Of a stretch of DNA of 64,000 nucleotides, positions 10,691 through 22,800 are shown one piece after another. This stretch comes from Eukaryota sp. TZLM1-RC (lineage: Eukaryota; Protista; Metamonada: BaSk clade), in NCBI GenBank assembly GCA_040285825.1, contig JAUPSS010000012.1:186001-250000 (forward strand). The letters are read 5' to 3'. The stretch's first letter is position 1. Each line of letters begins with the position of its first letter. A program made the position numbers and the translations under genes. The notes under the pieces are model-generated. The model was not told the origin of the DNA. It did not search any database and saw nothing but the letters and a program-made list of their open reading frames with translations.

Positions 10691-11095
10691 GTAAAGAACT
10701 TGTGTAAGAACTGATAATTTTTCAAATAAATCATGCATAGAACCTAGTCACCTTTGAAAAAACTTTTCTACCTGTTGAATGATAAGGTTTTCTTAACCCT
10801 CAAACCAACAAACAAACATGGTTTGTTTGAGAGGGTTGATTAGTCTAGTGAATCTATTCCATTTCTGCCAACGACAAAAGCACGTGTATTTACAATTTAC
10901 ATAAGAACAAAGAGCTTATAAAACGATTCTGCAGCAAATTGAAATCAATAAAATGAATAAGGAACAACAATAACAAACCAGTAAATGACAAAAACTTGAG
11001 GAAAAAATTACAAGTCGAACAATCATTGACCAAGAAATGGTGGATATGAAACAAAGTCATAAAAAGTTCAAAATCAAAATGAGCACAGTAAATCC

Positions 11096-11995
11096 CTAAC
11101 CATTGTCCTCCAACAATTGACTACTCCGAAGTTTCTCCAAAGCCAAAACACTATTACTGGCAAAAGGGACATTTGGACTAAGACAACTCTTCCTCATTTC
11201 GATAGCTAGTTTCCTGGCGGTTGATTTAGAGTTTGCTTTTACATGAGCTGCTTTAATTGACATTTCAAAATTTGGGAAAGTTGTTGACATGCTGACTACT
11301 GGAGAAGAGGTCAAATTTCCCTTGACCTGACAAGACTTGAGCTCTTCTTGTCTACGCCACGTCACAGAAGGAGGCGGTTTGAACGTCGTATAACTAATCG
11401 ATTGACTTTCGTTGTTGAGCGATGACGACATCATTGATGACGTCATTGAAGGCATCATTTTTGATTGACAGAGAGCGCGTTGATTAGACTTCCGACAACT
11501 TCCTAACAATGGAACAGAAGGTGAAACAGTTTTTGGTATCGTGACGTGACCCAAATCAGAAGGTCTGTTTATGGTTTTGTTGCTAAGAGCTGAGATACGT
11601 TGCTTGGTGCTCATAAGGGGTGAGGAAAGGGGAGAGGAGAGAACTTGAGATCTGTAAAGATGGTTGAGTGAGAGGACATCGGGAGAGCGAGCACGAACAT
11701 TAGAAGGGAGTTGACGAGGGATAGATGGAGACGTAGAGGGTGGGGACGGAGGTAGATCTTCTACAGGGGATGAAGGAGGACTGGGAGTCAGTGAAACGTA
11801 CTTTCCTTCAAAACGGGGCTGGAGTTCAATTGACAGTGTATCCAAGTCATCAAGCTTGATGGGACGATCATCGCTTGTAGGAGATGTACAGTCTAATGGA
11901 GACGAGGATTTTGCACCAGATAGAGCATTTTCAGATCGTTCAAGGAGAGTCAACTTAGGCCAAGACTGTTCCAATGGTTCATCACTGGGCCTCAT
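11096..11995 (-). CDS. Hypothetical Ser/Pro-rich, probably disordered protein
   Basis: 299-aa ATG-initiated ORF with higher GC than its flanks. No recognisable domain. Confidence 0.7.
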   Translation of the reverse strand: MRPSDEPLEQSWPKLTLLERSENALSGAKSSSPLDCTSPTSDDRPIKLDDLDTLSIELQPRFEGKYVSLTPSPPSSPVEDLPPSPPSTSPSIPRQLPSNVRARSPDVLSLNHLYRSQVLSSPLSSPLMSTKQRISALSNKTINRPSDLGHVTIPKTVSPSVPLLGSCRKSNQRALCQSKMMPSMTSSMMSSSLNNESQSISYTTFKPPPSVTWRRQEELKSCQVKGNLTSSPVVSMSTTFPNFEMSIKAAHVKANSKSTARKLAIEMRKSCLSPNVPFASNSVLALEKLRSSQLLEDNG

Positions 11996-12881
11996 AGGGC
12001 TCTTTAAGTGTAAAATGCCAAAAGCTCTTTGATGTTGTAAAATGTGTGCCTAAATCATCAATTATCGTATTTATAACATAGTTGAAGACTGTCCTCAAAC
12101 CCATTTCGTCATGACGTCATGTAATCAGTGTGCATGGGGTGTTCGCTCCTTGCAAATTGTTGTTTCTTCATCTATAATAATCTTTATTCAATGAAACTAT
12201 AAATAGATGCGTAGCCCTATAAAACCAATAATTTAAATGGCAGCATAAAAATCTAGTTTGTTTTTCGGTTTTGTTTGGTTTGGGAGATAGTTTTACAACT
12301 TCTAGGTTTTAAACTTAAACCCTTAGTGATAATGCTGATGAAACAATGCTCTAAAAATCGTTTGAATTTTTGTGGAATAATGTGGATTCATCACCTAAAT
12401 TGGATCAAACTCACTATTTGTTCCTCCCAAATTACCTTGTAATTGATTCAGAATTTGTCGCACCTACCTAGAAATGTAAAAGCACCACTTTTTTTAATTT
12501 TAATTCATTTCTGCTCTTCTAATCGCATCATCTGTTCTTATTGAATATAGATTCTGATATATTCTTTATGATTTATTATAGATGATTATAAATTCCAAAG
12601 ATAAACGACTCCTCTCTCTCTTCAAGTCATAGAAACTGATAACAAATCATCTTGTTGAAGGTTTGGTTAGATTAAAAATGTGGAATGTTTAGTTTTGTAT
12701 TACTTATGCAATAAAGCTTGGATTATTGATTTCGAGTTCAAGTTGAGATTTGTCAACTCTAATCATATCATAATATATAATATTGGCCGCACCCTGGGTG
12801 CCATGATAGAAAGCATTGCACTCGGCAACACTACAGTTATAGACAATATTGCGGTTGTAGAAATAATGTGATCTTACCTAC

Positions 12882-13268
12882 TTACTCTGTTCCATTAAGT
12901 ATTTCTGTTAAATAGTAGAATGGTTCAAAATCACATGGTAATTTGGTAATCACAAACACAGGAGTGTTAACGATCTTACATGGATTCCCTGCTTGATCGA
13001 GCTTATACAAACCACAATATTCTCCAATTTCTTGACCAGAACAGTCACGGAACAAAGGAACGTTGTTTTCCTCACATAAAGCTTCAAACATATGCACTAT
13101 GTACTCTTCAGCATTAGAAGCAACACAGCACATAAAAACCTGTTCAGATTCCAGTGCATGAAGGGAGTCACGGAGACCTGGTAGAAGTCCATTTAGAACA
13201 CGCGCTGCATCGATGCACTGGCGAATAGCAGCAACAGGGCAATACTTCATGTGAAGATGATGCGACAT
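12882..13268 (-). CDS. RPS12: Divergent 40S ribosomal protein eS12-like (L7Ae family)
   Basis: NGLLPGLRDSLHAL..CCVASNAEE..FEALCEENNVPL..EIGEYCGLYKLDQAGNPCKIV follows eS12 ([47 protein letters not shown]). Confidence 0.8.
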   Translation of the reverse strand: MSHHLHMKYCPVAAIRQCIDAARVLNGLLPGLRDSLHALESEQVFMCCVASNAEEYIVHMFEALCEENNVPLFRDCSGQEIGEYCGLYKLDQAGNPCKIVNTPVFVITKLPCDFEPFYYLTEILNGTE

Positions 13269-14024
13269 TGAATGAATCAGAAAGATGACCTTATCTCAAG
13301 AAAGGTATATATCCAAAACCTCTCAGACGGTTCAAATTGCCAACTGTTCACTAATTGATGCTATTGAAACTTATTGTCACTTACCAAATTAGCTCTGTGG
13401 TCTATTGATATTTGGTTGATTTTTCTCGACCTGTATGATATAGTGAATCATTTACCTTCATCAACAATAGTCCCTTTCAAGTTCCTATCTGAACAACAAT
13501 CTGATAGTTTTATGTGATGGACATTCTATTGAATGAAGAAGTCCATCGGATATAGTGACATTTCAAAGTCCAAAGCAGGTTTGAATTTAGTAAGTCTTTG
13601 CCAAAAATAGGTTTTGCAGCAGTATATAACACAATTGGTTAAAAATGACTCAGATTTCTTGGTGAAAAGCAAAAATTGAGATGAAAAGCAAAAATCCACC
13701 GAATCATTGTAATGAGGCAAAAATGACATACAGTAGATGCTGAAGCACATCGTATTGGTGATCACAAATGCAATCAATGATTATTTTGTGTTTGTAGCGA
13801 ATTGTGCAACTATTATAAGTTTCACCAACTTTGTGGTTGCCAAGCTTTGGGAAGTTTTGTTGACAAATGAGTTTTACAGCCTTTTTTATTCACAAAAAGT
13901 AATCTTTTACTTACCAGAAAAAGGCTGAACATTAGTTGTTAAACAACATTGTGCAGCAGTTTGGCAACCCAAAAGTAACTTAATCACTGATGGGTGACTC
14001 TGTTAAAAGCCAAAAAAGTTTCAG

Positions 14025-14045
14025 TTACTTACTTACTTACTTACT
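14025..14045 (+). repeat. (TTAC)5 microsatellite at 5' junction of CRE-like family B copy
   Basis: ttacttacttacttacttact directly precedes the element. Confidence 0.8.
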
Positions 14046-14054
14046 CACTTCCTT

Positions 14055-16755
14055 ACTTCCTCGAGGAATTGAATGGATTCAGCTTTTCAAAAGAAATGGA
14101 TTTGAAGCTTTGGTTCTTTTTTTCCTCCTTTTGAACAAAATTTCGTAAATAATTCCGAAGATTTGACAAATATAGCATCGAGAAATCAGTCATCCGAGAA
14201 ATTAAGTAAAATTTTGAAGGCAAATGCTTTGACAACAAATGGTCCAAGGCATTGTCAGCTTTAAGTCCCGGAGTTAAAGCACCCAACAATGAAAATACAA
14301 TAGATAAACTAAAAATTCTTCATCCTTATGAAGACCCTATAATGGATCAAAATTTTTACGGCACATACTGGGAAAATTATCCATTGATGCCATCAGAAGT
14401 TTTGTCGGTGATAAAAAAGAGACCACGCGGTAAGTCTGCCGGACTTTCTGGTATTAATATTGATCATTTAAAAGCCGCAATTATTTCTTCAGAGGATTGT
14501 CTTGGTTTATTAACCAAATTTTACAACAAAATATTGACTGGACAACTCAGATATCCAGATGAATTAAGAAGTTCTCGTTTGACCGCACTTGTCAAAAATT
14601 TTAAAATGGATGTTCGTCCTATTGCAGTTTTTAAGAGCTTACAAAATATTTTTTCTGCGTGTTGCTTAAGCAGGTTCAATGAGAAAGCAAAAAAGATTTT
14701 ATTACCCTTTCAATATGGAATTAATACCACGGATGGAGTCTCTTCTGCGATATCTGCTACTGATGTATTATTTCGCCAAAATGAATCCCATGTTTATATG
14801 TCATTGAATTTTAGTAATGCCTTTAATTCACTCAGTCATCGCAGTATCCATGGTGCTTTATTGCAACATATGCCTGAATTAATGCCGTATTTTCAATCAA
14901 CATATAGCACATATTCTAATTTACATTTTGGAAGCAACATTTTGAGTTCATCAAGTGATGTAAAGCAAGGAGATCCGTTAGGACCTCTTTTGTTTTGTTT
15001 GGCCATTCATCCTATTTTACTGCAAATTCAAGAGATGTTTCCTTCGCTAAAAATGATTGCAAATATGGATGATGTTATGCTTATTGGTGATTTAAATATT
15101 GTGAAACAAACAACTGTATGTTTTAAAGAATTATTTACCAAAATTGGTCTCCGATTTAATTTACTTAAATGTGTTTTGTTATCGAATTCTTCAGCTTCCA
15201 CAATAGTTGATGATATTGAAATTCAAGCCAAATTTTATTCAATTGATGCTATTCGTCATTTGTGTTCGTTTCTAGGAAATAATGATGAAATTACCAAAAA
15301 ATTGTTAGAAAAGTTGAACTCAATTTCCGACAAAATTGACCGAATGATGAATTTAGATATAAAAAACACATCAAATTTACCATTATAAGACTATGTTTTA
15401 GTTCCAATTTTAATCATATATTTCGATCTACAAATCCTCTCGTCACTAGACCTTTGGCTCAGAAGTTTGATGAGTTACGTGCAAAAGTTCTGTCTCAATT
15501 ACTGGGATGTAAAATGTTTCAAATTCCAGATCATTCTTACCTTAGTCTTATGGCGGTTTAGGGTGGACGAAGGCTTCTATTCTTACCTCGTGTGCTTTTG
15601 TTGGAGGATGCAGAAATGCAATCTTTGAGTTTTCCGAAAGATTTTCAAATTGGAAAGAATTATTGATGACAACGCAAAGTTCCACTGTTTTTGCATTAAA
15701 TGAAGAAATTTTAAAAATTGATGTAGAAAAATGGGGTCGCTGTTTTCCCCAATCATTTAATGCCAATATTCCAGAAAAAAATGTTTTAAATTTGAAGTAC
15801 ACTCTTCGAACATTACAGAAACGATTGACTGGAATATATGAAAAAGGTCTTTATAATAATATATGCAGCTCGGCTGTTTTAAATCAAGATCTTCACTCAT
15901 TGTTATTGGAAAAGTGTGTTTGTGAAAACAAGTCGTCAGATTCTTCACTTTTTGTAACCATTGTACCACGAAGATTTGGATTGTGTGCCACTAATGAAGC
16001 ATTTGTAACAAAAATGAGATTATATTTGAACATCCCCATTAATTAGTTATTATCAAAAGAAAAATGTATTTGTTCGAATTCACCTCAACTCACTTTGCGC
16101 CATGCTCTGAATTGCTCTAAATTGATAACTTATCGTTCTTCATTACATGATGCTGTTAGAGACACTGTTTTCAATATGGCACAAACTGCAAGGATATCGT
16201 GTATCAAAGAGCCCCTGCTGAAGGAAACACTTTCTCTGAATAATTTTGGTTCTGATGATAGAGGTTATGTATACTGTGATTGGATTGATAATTCTGAAGC
16301 TATTGTTGACTTTGTCTCATGTAATGTTGAAAATGACACTTTGGTTCACAGAAGAAAACTTAATCCTGTGGCTGCTCTGGATTTTAAAGCAAAAGAAAAA
16401 CATAGAAAATATGATAAAGAAATTGAAGATGCAAATGTCGATAGAAATACACAGCTGGTTTTTATTGCTTTCCCATTTTCGATAAATGGAAGATTATCAG
16501 TTGAAGCAGAAACTTTTTTGGATGACTTCCAAAAAATGGTGAAAGAAAAAACAATGAAAAGATTTGATATTTTTTATGGCGTTCACGGATTCAATTTGCC
16601 ATTATTAATAGATTACCGCGGTTTTTCAATCGAATTAGAGAAGCTTTAGCTAGACAGCAAGCAGATCAAAATTTTGTAGGGGAAAACTTGGTTCAATGAT
16701 GGTTGTCCCATTAGTTATGAGTTATTTTAATTAAGTGTGCAAATTCAATAAATAT
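14055..16755 (+). mobile_element. CRE-like non-LTR retrotransposon family B (RT+RLE), degenerate and probably 5'-truncated
   Basis: Motifs are KSAGLSG, VRPIAV, NFSNAFNSL, VKQGDPLGPLLF, ANMDD, HALNC..LHDAVRD and KAKEKHRKY, spread over ORFs 14252-15388, 15663-16046 and 16095-16649 with stops and frameshifts. Confidence 0.9.
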
Positions 16756-16835
16756 TAATTTGAAGCATTGATGATAATTCACTTCAGCAAAATGCCCTAT
16801 TTGTTTTCAAATGTTTAATACGTTTTTGAGCATAG

Positions 16836-16971
16836 TGTTGTACTGTGGACAATTGGTCTAGTACATTTGTATTTATATAGTATAGTTCACTAGTGATGGC
16901 CTTTATAAGGGCCGGTGAAATTCTAATAAATTATTCCTTATTCTTTGTTATCATATATGGATAAAGCATCA
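16836..16971 (+). repeat. 5' LTR (136 bp)
   Basis: TGTTG...GCATCA, identical to 23606-23741 at 134 of 136 positions. Confidence 0.96.
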
Positions 16972-19827
16972 TTAATTAATGGCCTGAAAAGCCGCGATGA
17001 TAACCCTCCTTCCTCTCTGAGGAAGAGTAATGTCCCTTCGTTGAAGGAGAACAATCCACCATCCACGGTGAGTAATCCACCATCCACGGTGAGTAATCCT
17101 TCCTTCGGGAAGAGTAATCCTCCTAAGGAGAGTGAGCTTTCCGCTGAGAAGAGCCTTGCCTCTCAGAAAGAAAGCCACCTCCCCAATAAGGAGAGTGAAC
17201 TTCACACTGAGGAGAGCCTTTCCTCCCAGAAAGGAAGTCACCTCCCTAATAAGGAGAGAGGTAACCACGATATGGATGTAACAGAACTGTACACATATCC
17301 CAATAACCCCTCGGAGCTCCTTCCTTGTAGGAAGAGTTTTCTCACTCCGAGCGAGCAACGGAGATTCAAAGCGTTTGTTGTAAGTAATAAATCTGACGCT
17401 TGTGCAGAAGGTGAAGGAGGCGAAGGCGAGCAACGGTCTACGACTAGCTCCTCACGTAAAACTCCCCCCTCACCTACTTCTGACATCAGCTCAAGTGAGG
17501 AACCTCAAAGTGATTCCAGAGGATCTCTTAATCAGAACTACAGCAGGAGAGGGGATGAGAGCGATGATGAACCACCTCATTCACCCAATCCTCCTAATCC
17601 AACTCCTAGTTTCCCATCTACGGAAAGGACTTCTCAGGGTCTTTACCGAAGGAAATTAGCAAAGGCAGTTGAGGCTGTAACTAGAGATTTCTTATTGGAC
17701 CTCATCGCCAATCCTCCCGAAGATGTAATGGATTGGAGTGATGACGAATTATTAAAAATGGCTGAGAATGAGTCAGAGCGTCTTGCGGGAGACGTAGACC
17801 CAGCCGAATGTGAGAAGGTCCGACGTGACTATTTAGCGAAACGTTGGCCCTTCTTCTTTGGGGAAGCCCACGGCAAAACACTTGACGACGACGTCTACGA
17901 GAGTTATGATCAGAGTCCAAATCTTTTGAAGAGACTGGATGATCTTACCGATTCGGCAGTCTCGTGTGGAATGAGTGCAGTCGAGGATTGCTATTTTAGC
18001 GCACCTCGTTCAAAGTATCAAGCTGCTACTCCCAGGCCTGTCAAATGGCATAGGGATGCAATTGATGACCACAAAATATATTTCAGTGGAAATCAAGAAG
18101 CTTACGACAGATTATTTTGGATAGCCAAAATGTATCCTCATAATCAACAAGGTAGAAACCTTAGAGGCGTCGTAAGGCATTTCCTAGTGGAGAACGTACA
18201 TCCAAAAGATTCCATTGCGGACATTTTTATTATGCTTGGGGGCAGATTCGATGAATCTCGAGGTGACACCCTTCAATTTCATACCAAAGAGTCCTACATT
18301 AGAGAAATAGGCACTAGGGTAATTGAATTGAAAGAGCAGCGTGTTGGCCCTAACAAGTTAAAACTAGTATACCCTGATGCATGGATGGCTAAACTTAAGG
18401 CATGGGTTGATAGCTGGCCCGACCAAAATGTTTTTGAGAATGTCTTAATAAAAAGCAGTTGCCTTCCATATGATCATAAACTAGCAGGGGTCCCTAGAGG
18501 ATCTAAAGATGCACCAGATTGGGTGGATTTAAGACCACCAGCCCAGACGGTACCTGTGCAGGAGGAACCTCCTAAGACAAGATTTATCATTAAGTTGGGC
18601 GAAACATTGCCTTCAGAAGAGAGGAATATGAACCTATTTGGTACACCTTCTGTAGGGCCTCTGGCATCTAGGAGAGCTTCTTGCGAAGCAACTCCTACAC
18701 AAGCATCTGTTATAAAATCATCTATACCCACGCAACCCCTAGGAACGAATGCTCCTAGAGATTCTCTCGTCGACACCCTCGGTCTTTATAGAACTCCTGT
18801 AACAGACGAGGAGAAATTGAGGAAAAGAATAGACGACAAACTTAGATGCCTAGTTGAGTTAAATGAAGCGTTTGACGCCAAGAAGATCTTCGACTTCGTT
18901 CTTAACTTTGGCAATTGGGCTAAAACAGTTAGGGATCGCGATGGACCCACCAGAGCATTTACGCCGATCACCAAATACGGTCAACCTGTTCATCAGTACG
19001 ACTTCGTTAGATCTATGTTCTTCGAAGTGGACCCTTTGTATTTGAGATTTATGATCGAGGGTAAGGTGATGGCAGAATGGCAGAGTTTTTATGGAGGCCG
19101 AACAAACGTGTTAGGCAACAACCCATCTGACGCCGAAATCTGGGAATATTTGCTACTCAGCACCCAGTACAAATACCCTACCGATGTTGAGAAGGCTTTA
19201 AGGTCTGTAAGACCACCTGAGATCAGTCGCAAAATGACTGCTGAATCTTCATGGACAGCCTTCACGGAGCAGATCATATATATAATTCGACGCTCTACAA
19301 TTATGCCTGGAACGGATGGTAATCCGTCTGTCGTCTACCCAGCAAAAAGATTTCTCGAAACTATTAACGACAAAACAAACAATCAATTGATGGACACATA
19401 TATCATTTGGATTGGCAAGTTTGATTCAAGTAACGAGAAACTGGGCGATGCGATTTACGATTTAGGTAACGCATTTGTTAACAATGTCAATAGCCTTGAA
19501 TCCTCGATCAAAGATATGGATTTGATAAGAACAGCTTTTGGTGCTCACGCTCCTGCGCAAAAAGGACGAAGCCAGTCAAAAGGTCCTTTTAAGAACCCTA
19601 GAGTAAGCAGTCGACCTATCCCTTCAGAGCAATGGTGTAACTTATGTAAAACCAATAAACATCCTGAAGAGAAATGTTTTAAATTAGTGGGAAGACCTGG
19701 TTCAAAAAAGCGTCAAGGAGGTGAAAGACGTGATAAAAACGTAAAAGTAGTAGTAATAAATCAGATAATTATACATCTTTTAACAATAACCTTACAAATA
19801 ATTCAATCAAATCCATTTATAAAATGA
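16957..19827 (+). CDS. gag: Gag-like protein
   Basis: The first in-frame ATG is at 16957. The N-terminus has 7-aa and 21-aa repeats, and a CX2CX4HX4C knuckle CNLCKTNKHPEEKC lies near the end. Confidence 0.85.
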   Translation: MDKASLINGLKSRDDNPPSSLRKSNVPSLKENNPPSTVSNPPSTVSNPSFGKSNPPKESELSAEKSLASQKESHLPNKESELHTEESLSSQKGSHLPNKERGNHDMDVTELYTYPNNPSELLPCRKSFLTPSEQRRFKAFVVSNKSDACAEGEGGEGEQRSTTSSSRKTPPSPTSDISSSEEPQSDSRGSLNQNYSRRGDESDDEPPHSPNPPNPTPSFPSTERTSQGLYRRKLAKAVEAVTRDFLLDLIANPPEDVMDWSDDELLKMAENESERLAGDVDPAECEKVRRDYLAKRWPFFFGEAHGKTLDDDVYESYDQSPNLLKRLDDLTDSAVSCGMSAVEDCYFSAPRSKYQAATPRPVKWHRDAIDDHKIYFSGNQEAYDRLFWIAKMYPHNQQGRNLRGVVRHFLVENVHPKDSIADIFIMLGGRFDESRGDTLQFHTKESYIREIGTRVIELKEQRVGPNKLKLVYPDAWMAKLKAWVDSWPDQNVFENVLIKSSCLPYDHKLAGVPRGSKDAPDWVDLRPPAQTVPVQEEPPKTRFIIKLGETLPSEERNMNLFGTPSVGPLASRRASCEATPTQASVIKSSIPTQPLGTNAPRDSLVDTLGLYRTPVTDEEKLRKRIDDKLRCLVELNEAFDAKKIFDFVLNFGNWAKTVRDRDGPTRAFTPITKYGQPVHQYDFVRSMFFEVDPLYLRFMIEGKVMAEWQSFYGGRTNVLGNNPSDAEIWEYLLLSTQYKYPTDVEKALRSVRPPEISRKMTAESSWTAFTEQIIYIIRRSTIMPGTDGNPSVVYPAKRFLETINDKTNNQLMDTYIIWIGKFDSSNEKLGDAIYDLGNAFVNNVNSLESSIKDMDLIRTAFGAHAPAQKGRSQSKGPFKNPRVSSRPIPSEQWCNLCKTNKHPEEKCFKLVGRPGSKKRQGGERRDKNVKVVVINQIIIHLLTITLQIIQSNPFIK

Positions 19828-22800
19828 GCAAAACAGATTCGAATTATAATCACCTAAATCCATTAAACAAATTTAGAGAGTTATCCAATCCTGTGGGTTC
19901 TATCCACAGTGTTAGACTATCCAGGGTAGCAGAGGACCAAGAAAGTTCTAACGGGGAACTTTGGTTAACCTGCACCATAAATAACGTGGAAGTACAAGGC
20001 GAAATTGATAATGGAGCTGCATTTTCAGCATTATCAATGGATTTAGCCTCTAAATGTAATATGACAGTTAATGACAATAAGACTGTCGAATACTTATCGG
20101 CAAATGGTATTCGCTCCACGACCCTGGGATGTGCAAGTGGTGTTCTTGCTCTAAATGTGGGAAGCTTGGCCACTCAAGTGTTTTTAAGGATCGAATTCCA
20201 GATCATTCCTGGTACCAATAATTTTTTGATCGGAAGAGACTTATTACAAACCTTGGGGCTACGCACGGAGCACGGTTTTAATATTAATGTGGATCGCGAA
20301 CATCGCACCATCTTAAATGCTGAATGTGAGTTCGATAATAGAATTTGTCAACCAATTAGATTCATAGAACAATTGAGTAATAAATCAGACTTAGGTAATG
20401 ATTTTGGGCATTCCACATTTAGACATGAGTTAGATGAGTTGGGCTGTAGAATATGCCTGGATGACATTAGGGACGTGGAACGCCTAGTCGTGCTACTCGA
20501 AAAATATAGAAATGTATTTAGTGGGCTACCTCACCCGGATGGAATTGATTGTGAGCCGATGACCATTCCATTTTATGACGAAAATAAGGTCGTCCAAAGG
20601 AAACCTCGAAGATTAAACCCAGAAAAACAACGGGTAGCCGAGGAAATTTTTAACGAATTGATCCGTAACGGATTTGCTGTGCCCGCAAAGTCTCAATTCA
20701 GTAGTCCCATCTGTCTTGTGATTTACCCTGATCACAGGAAACCACGATTAACTGGCGATTTTAGTGGTATTGGTGGAGTAAATGATTTAACTAAACCTGT
20801 AGAGGCAAATTTGCCCAGGATTAGCGACATTTTAGAGTTTCTAAGTAAAGCTAATTATATAGCAACTCTAGATTTACCTAAGCCATTTTGGCAGCTCAAA
20901 ATTGCAGAAGAGGATATTGATAAAACTACCGTATCAATTCCCGGGATGTCGATCAGTTTTAAAAGGGCTTGTTTTGGTTTGAAGAACGTTCCTGCAGTCT
21001 TCCAGAACATGAAGATGGAAATATTTGATTCTGAGGGCGTATTCATTTATATCGATGATATAATAATAGTAGCTTCGACCCTGGATGAATTTCTATCTAG
21101 AGTAGGTACGGTCCTAGAACGCGCGAAACGTTTTAGAGTTAACTTGGCCTACCCAAGTGTAGCTTTACCACTTGCAAACATGAAATAAAAATTCTAGGTA
21201 GGATTTTTGTAAACAAAACCCGTTATATAGATGAATCTAGGATTGAGGGACTGATCAACCTACCCAAACCCAGGACATTACCTGAAGTTAGGAGTTTTAT
21301 AGGATCGATCAATTATATACGTGACTGGTTGCCAAATTTGTCTGACTTGATAGAACCAATCAACAAATTAACCAGAAACAAACCGTCAAAAATCAAGTGG
21401 ACTCCTGATCATGACGAGGCTTTTGGTAAGATTATAAATCTTATCAAAGCAAATATCCCTCTTGAATTGCCCTCAGAAGACAAGCATATTTTAATAAGTG
21501 CTGACGCGTCCGATGTGGCTGTAGGTGGAGTAATATGGCAAGAAGCTAACCCACCTAAAGTTCCTACGACACCGCTAATTAAGAGAAAGGTTGTACCTAT
21601 TGCCTTCTTTAGCAGATTATTATCAACTTCACAAAAGAATTGGTCTGTACTTCAGAAAGAGTTGTATGCAATTTTACTAATTCTCATTGACAGTAGTTTA
21701 GAAAATTATTTAATTTCGAGGAAATTAACTATTTTCACTGATCATAGAAATTTAGCATACCTCATATCAGCTCCTGAAAAGAACAGAATTGTGAAGAGGT
21801 GGCTACCAATATTGTCAGAATTCAATTTTGATGTAGTCCATACTGCAGGCGAGGAGAATTATTGGGCAGACATGTTGTCTAGATTGGTTGACACCAAACC
21901 CAAAACTCCTCGAGTCCAACAAGTGACAAACTTGGCACCTCACAGAGTTGAAGAACAATTACCCTATTTAAATTTATTAACTAGAGTTAATTTGTTAAGG
22001 GATGATATTACTCAACCGTCCACAATTGAGCTACCCACGATCAATAGCTTATCTGCACTGAAAGAAGCAGTTGAGGATACTAAATTTGATTTATTTGACA
22101 CTTGGATCTCAAAGATTAGGCAAGAACAACTTATAGATGTTGATTCAAATCTTGATTATTATAAAGATTACAATTATAATTCAGATATTCAATTGTATAC
22201 CAACAATCGTGGGAAGATTGTCATCCCAGATAGTTTAAAGAAGCAGACTTTAACTATCATTCATGGACATGCAAATGTTGGCCATCCTAGTGTGACGACT
22301 AGCGTAAAGAAATTACTCAATAGTGATTACTTTTGGCCCGACATGCGCAAAGACATGATTAACCATATTAAGAGATGCCCAGCATGTCAAAAGACGGCAC
22401 ATGTGCCTAAAAATGTCATTGAATCATCTGGCTCTCATTGGGCTGATCGACCTTTTGCACGATTAAACGCAGATACTATTGGACCATTACAACAAGATGA
22501 TAATGGATTCAAATATTTAATAGTTTTTGTAGACTCGTTCACCAGGTATACGATCATTTGCCCTGTAAAGGAATTGAATGCAGTGGAGGCAACCAATCAC
22601 CTCCTATGGAGTGTAGTATCAATTTTTGGTATTCCACTGTTGATTCATAGTGACAATGGTATTGAATTTGCAAATGCCATATTCAAAAGGTTATGCGATT
22701 TATTAAACATTGAAGTAAGTCGTTCACTAACTAGCTTTTCACAAAGCAATGGTTTAGTAGAAAGACGACACAGAGACATTTTACAAAGTCTAAGAAAGAT

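Noticed and set aside
10091-10714. Two Phe/Ile/Tyr-rich ORFs
   Set aside because: They are translations of the T-rich tract, which lacks stop codons by composition.
13330-13990. Possible decayed coding remnants (also 57960-58620 and 61560-62060)
   Set aside because: No interpretable motif could be supported by eye.
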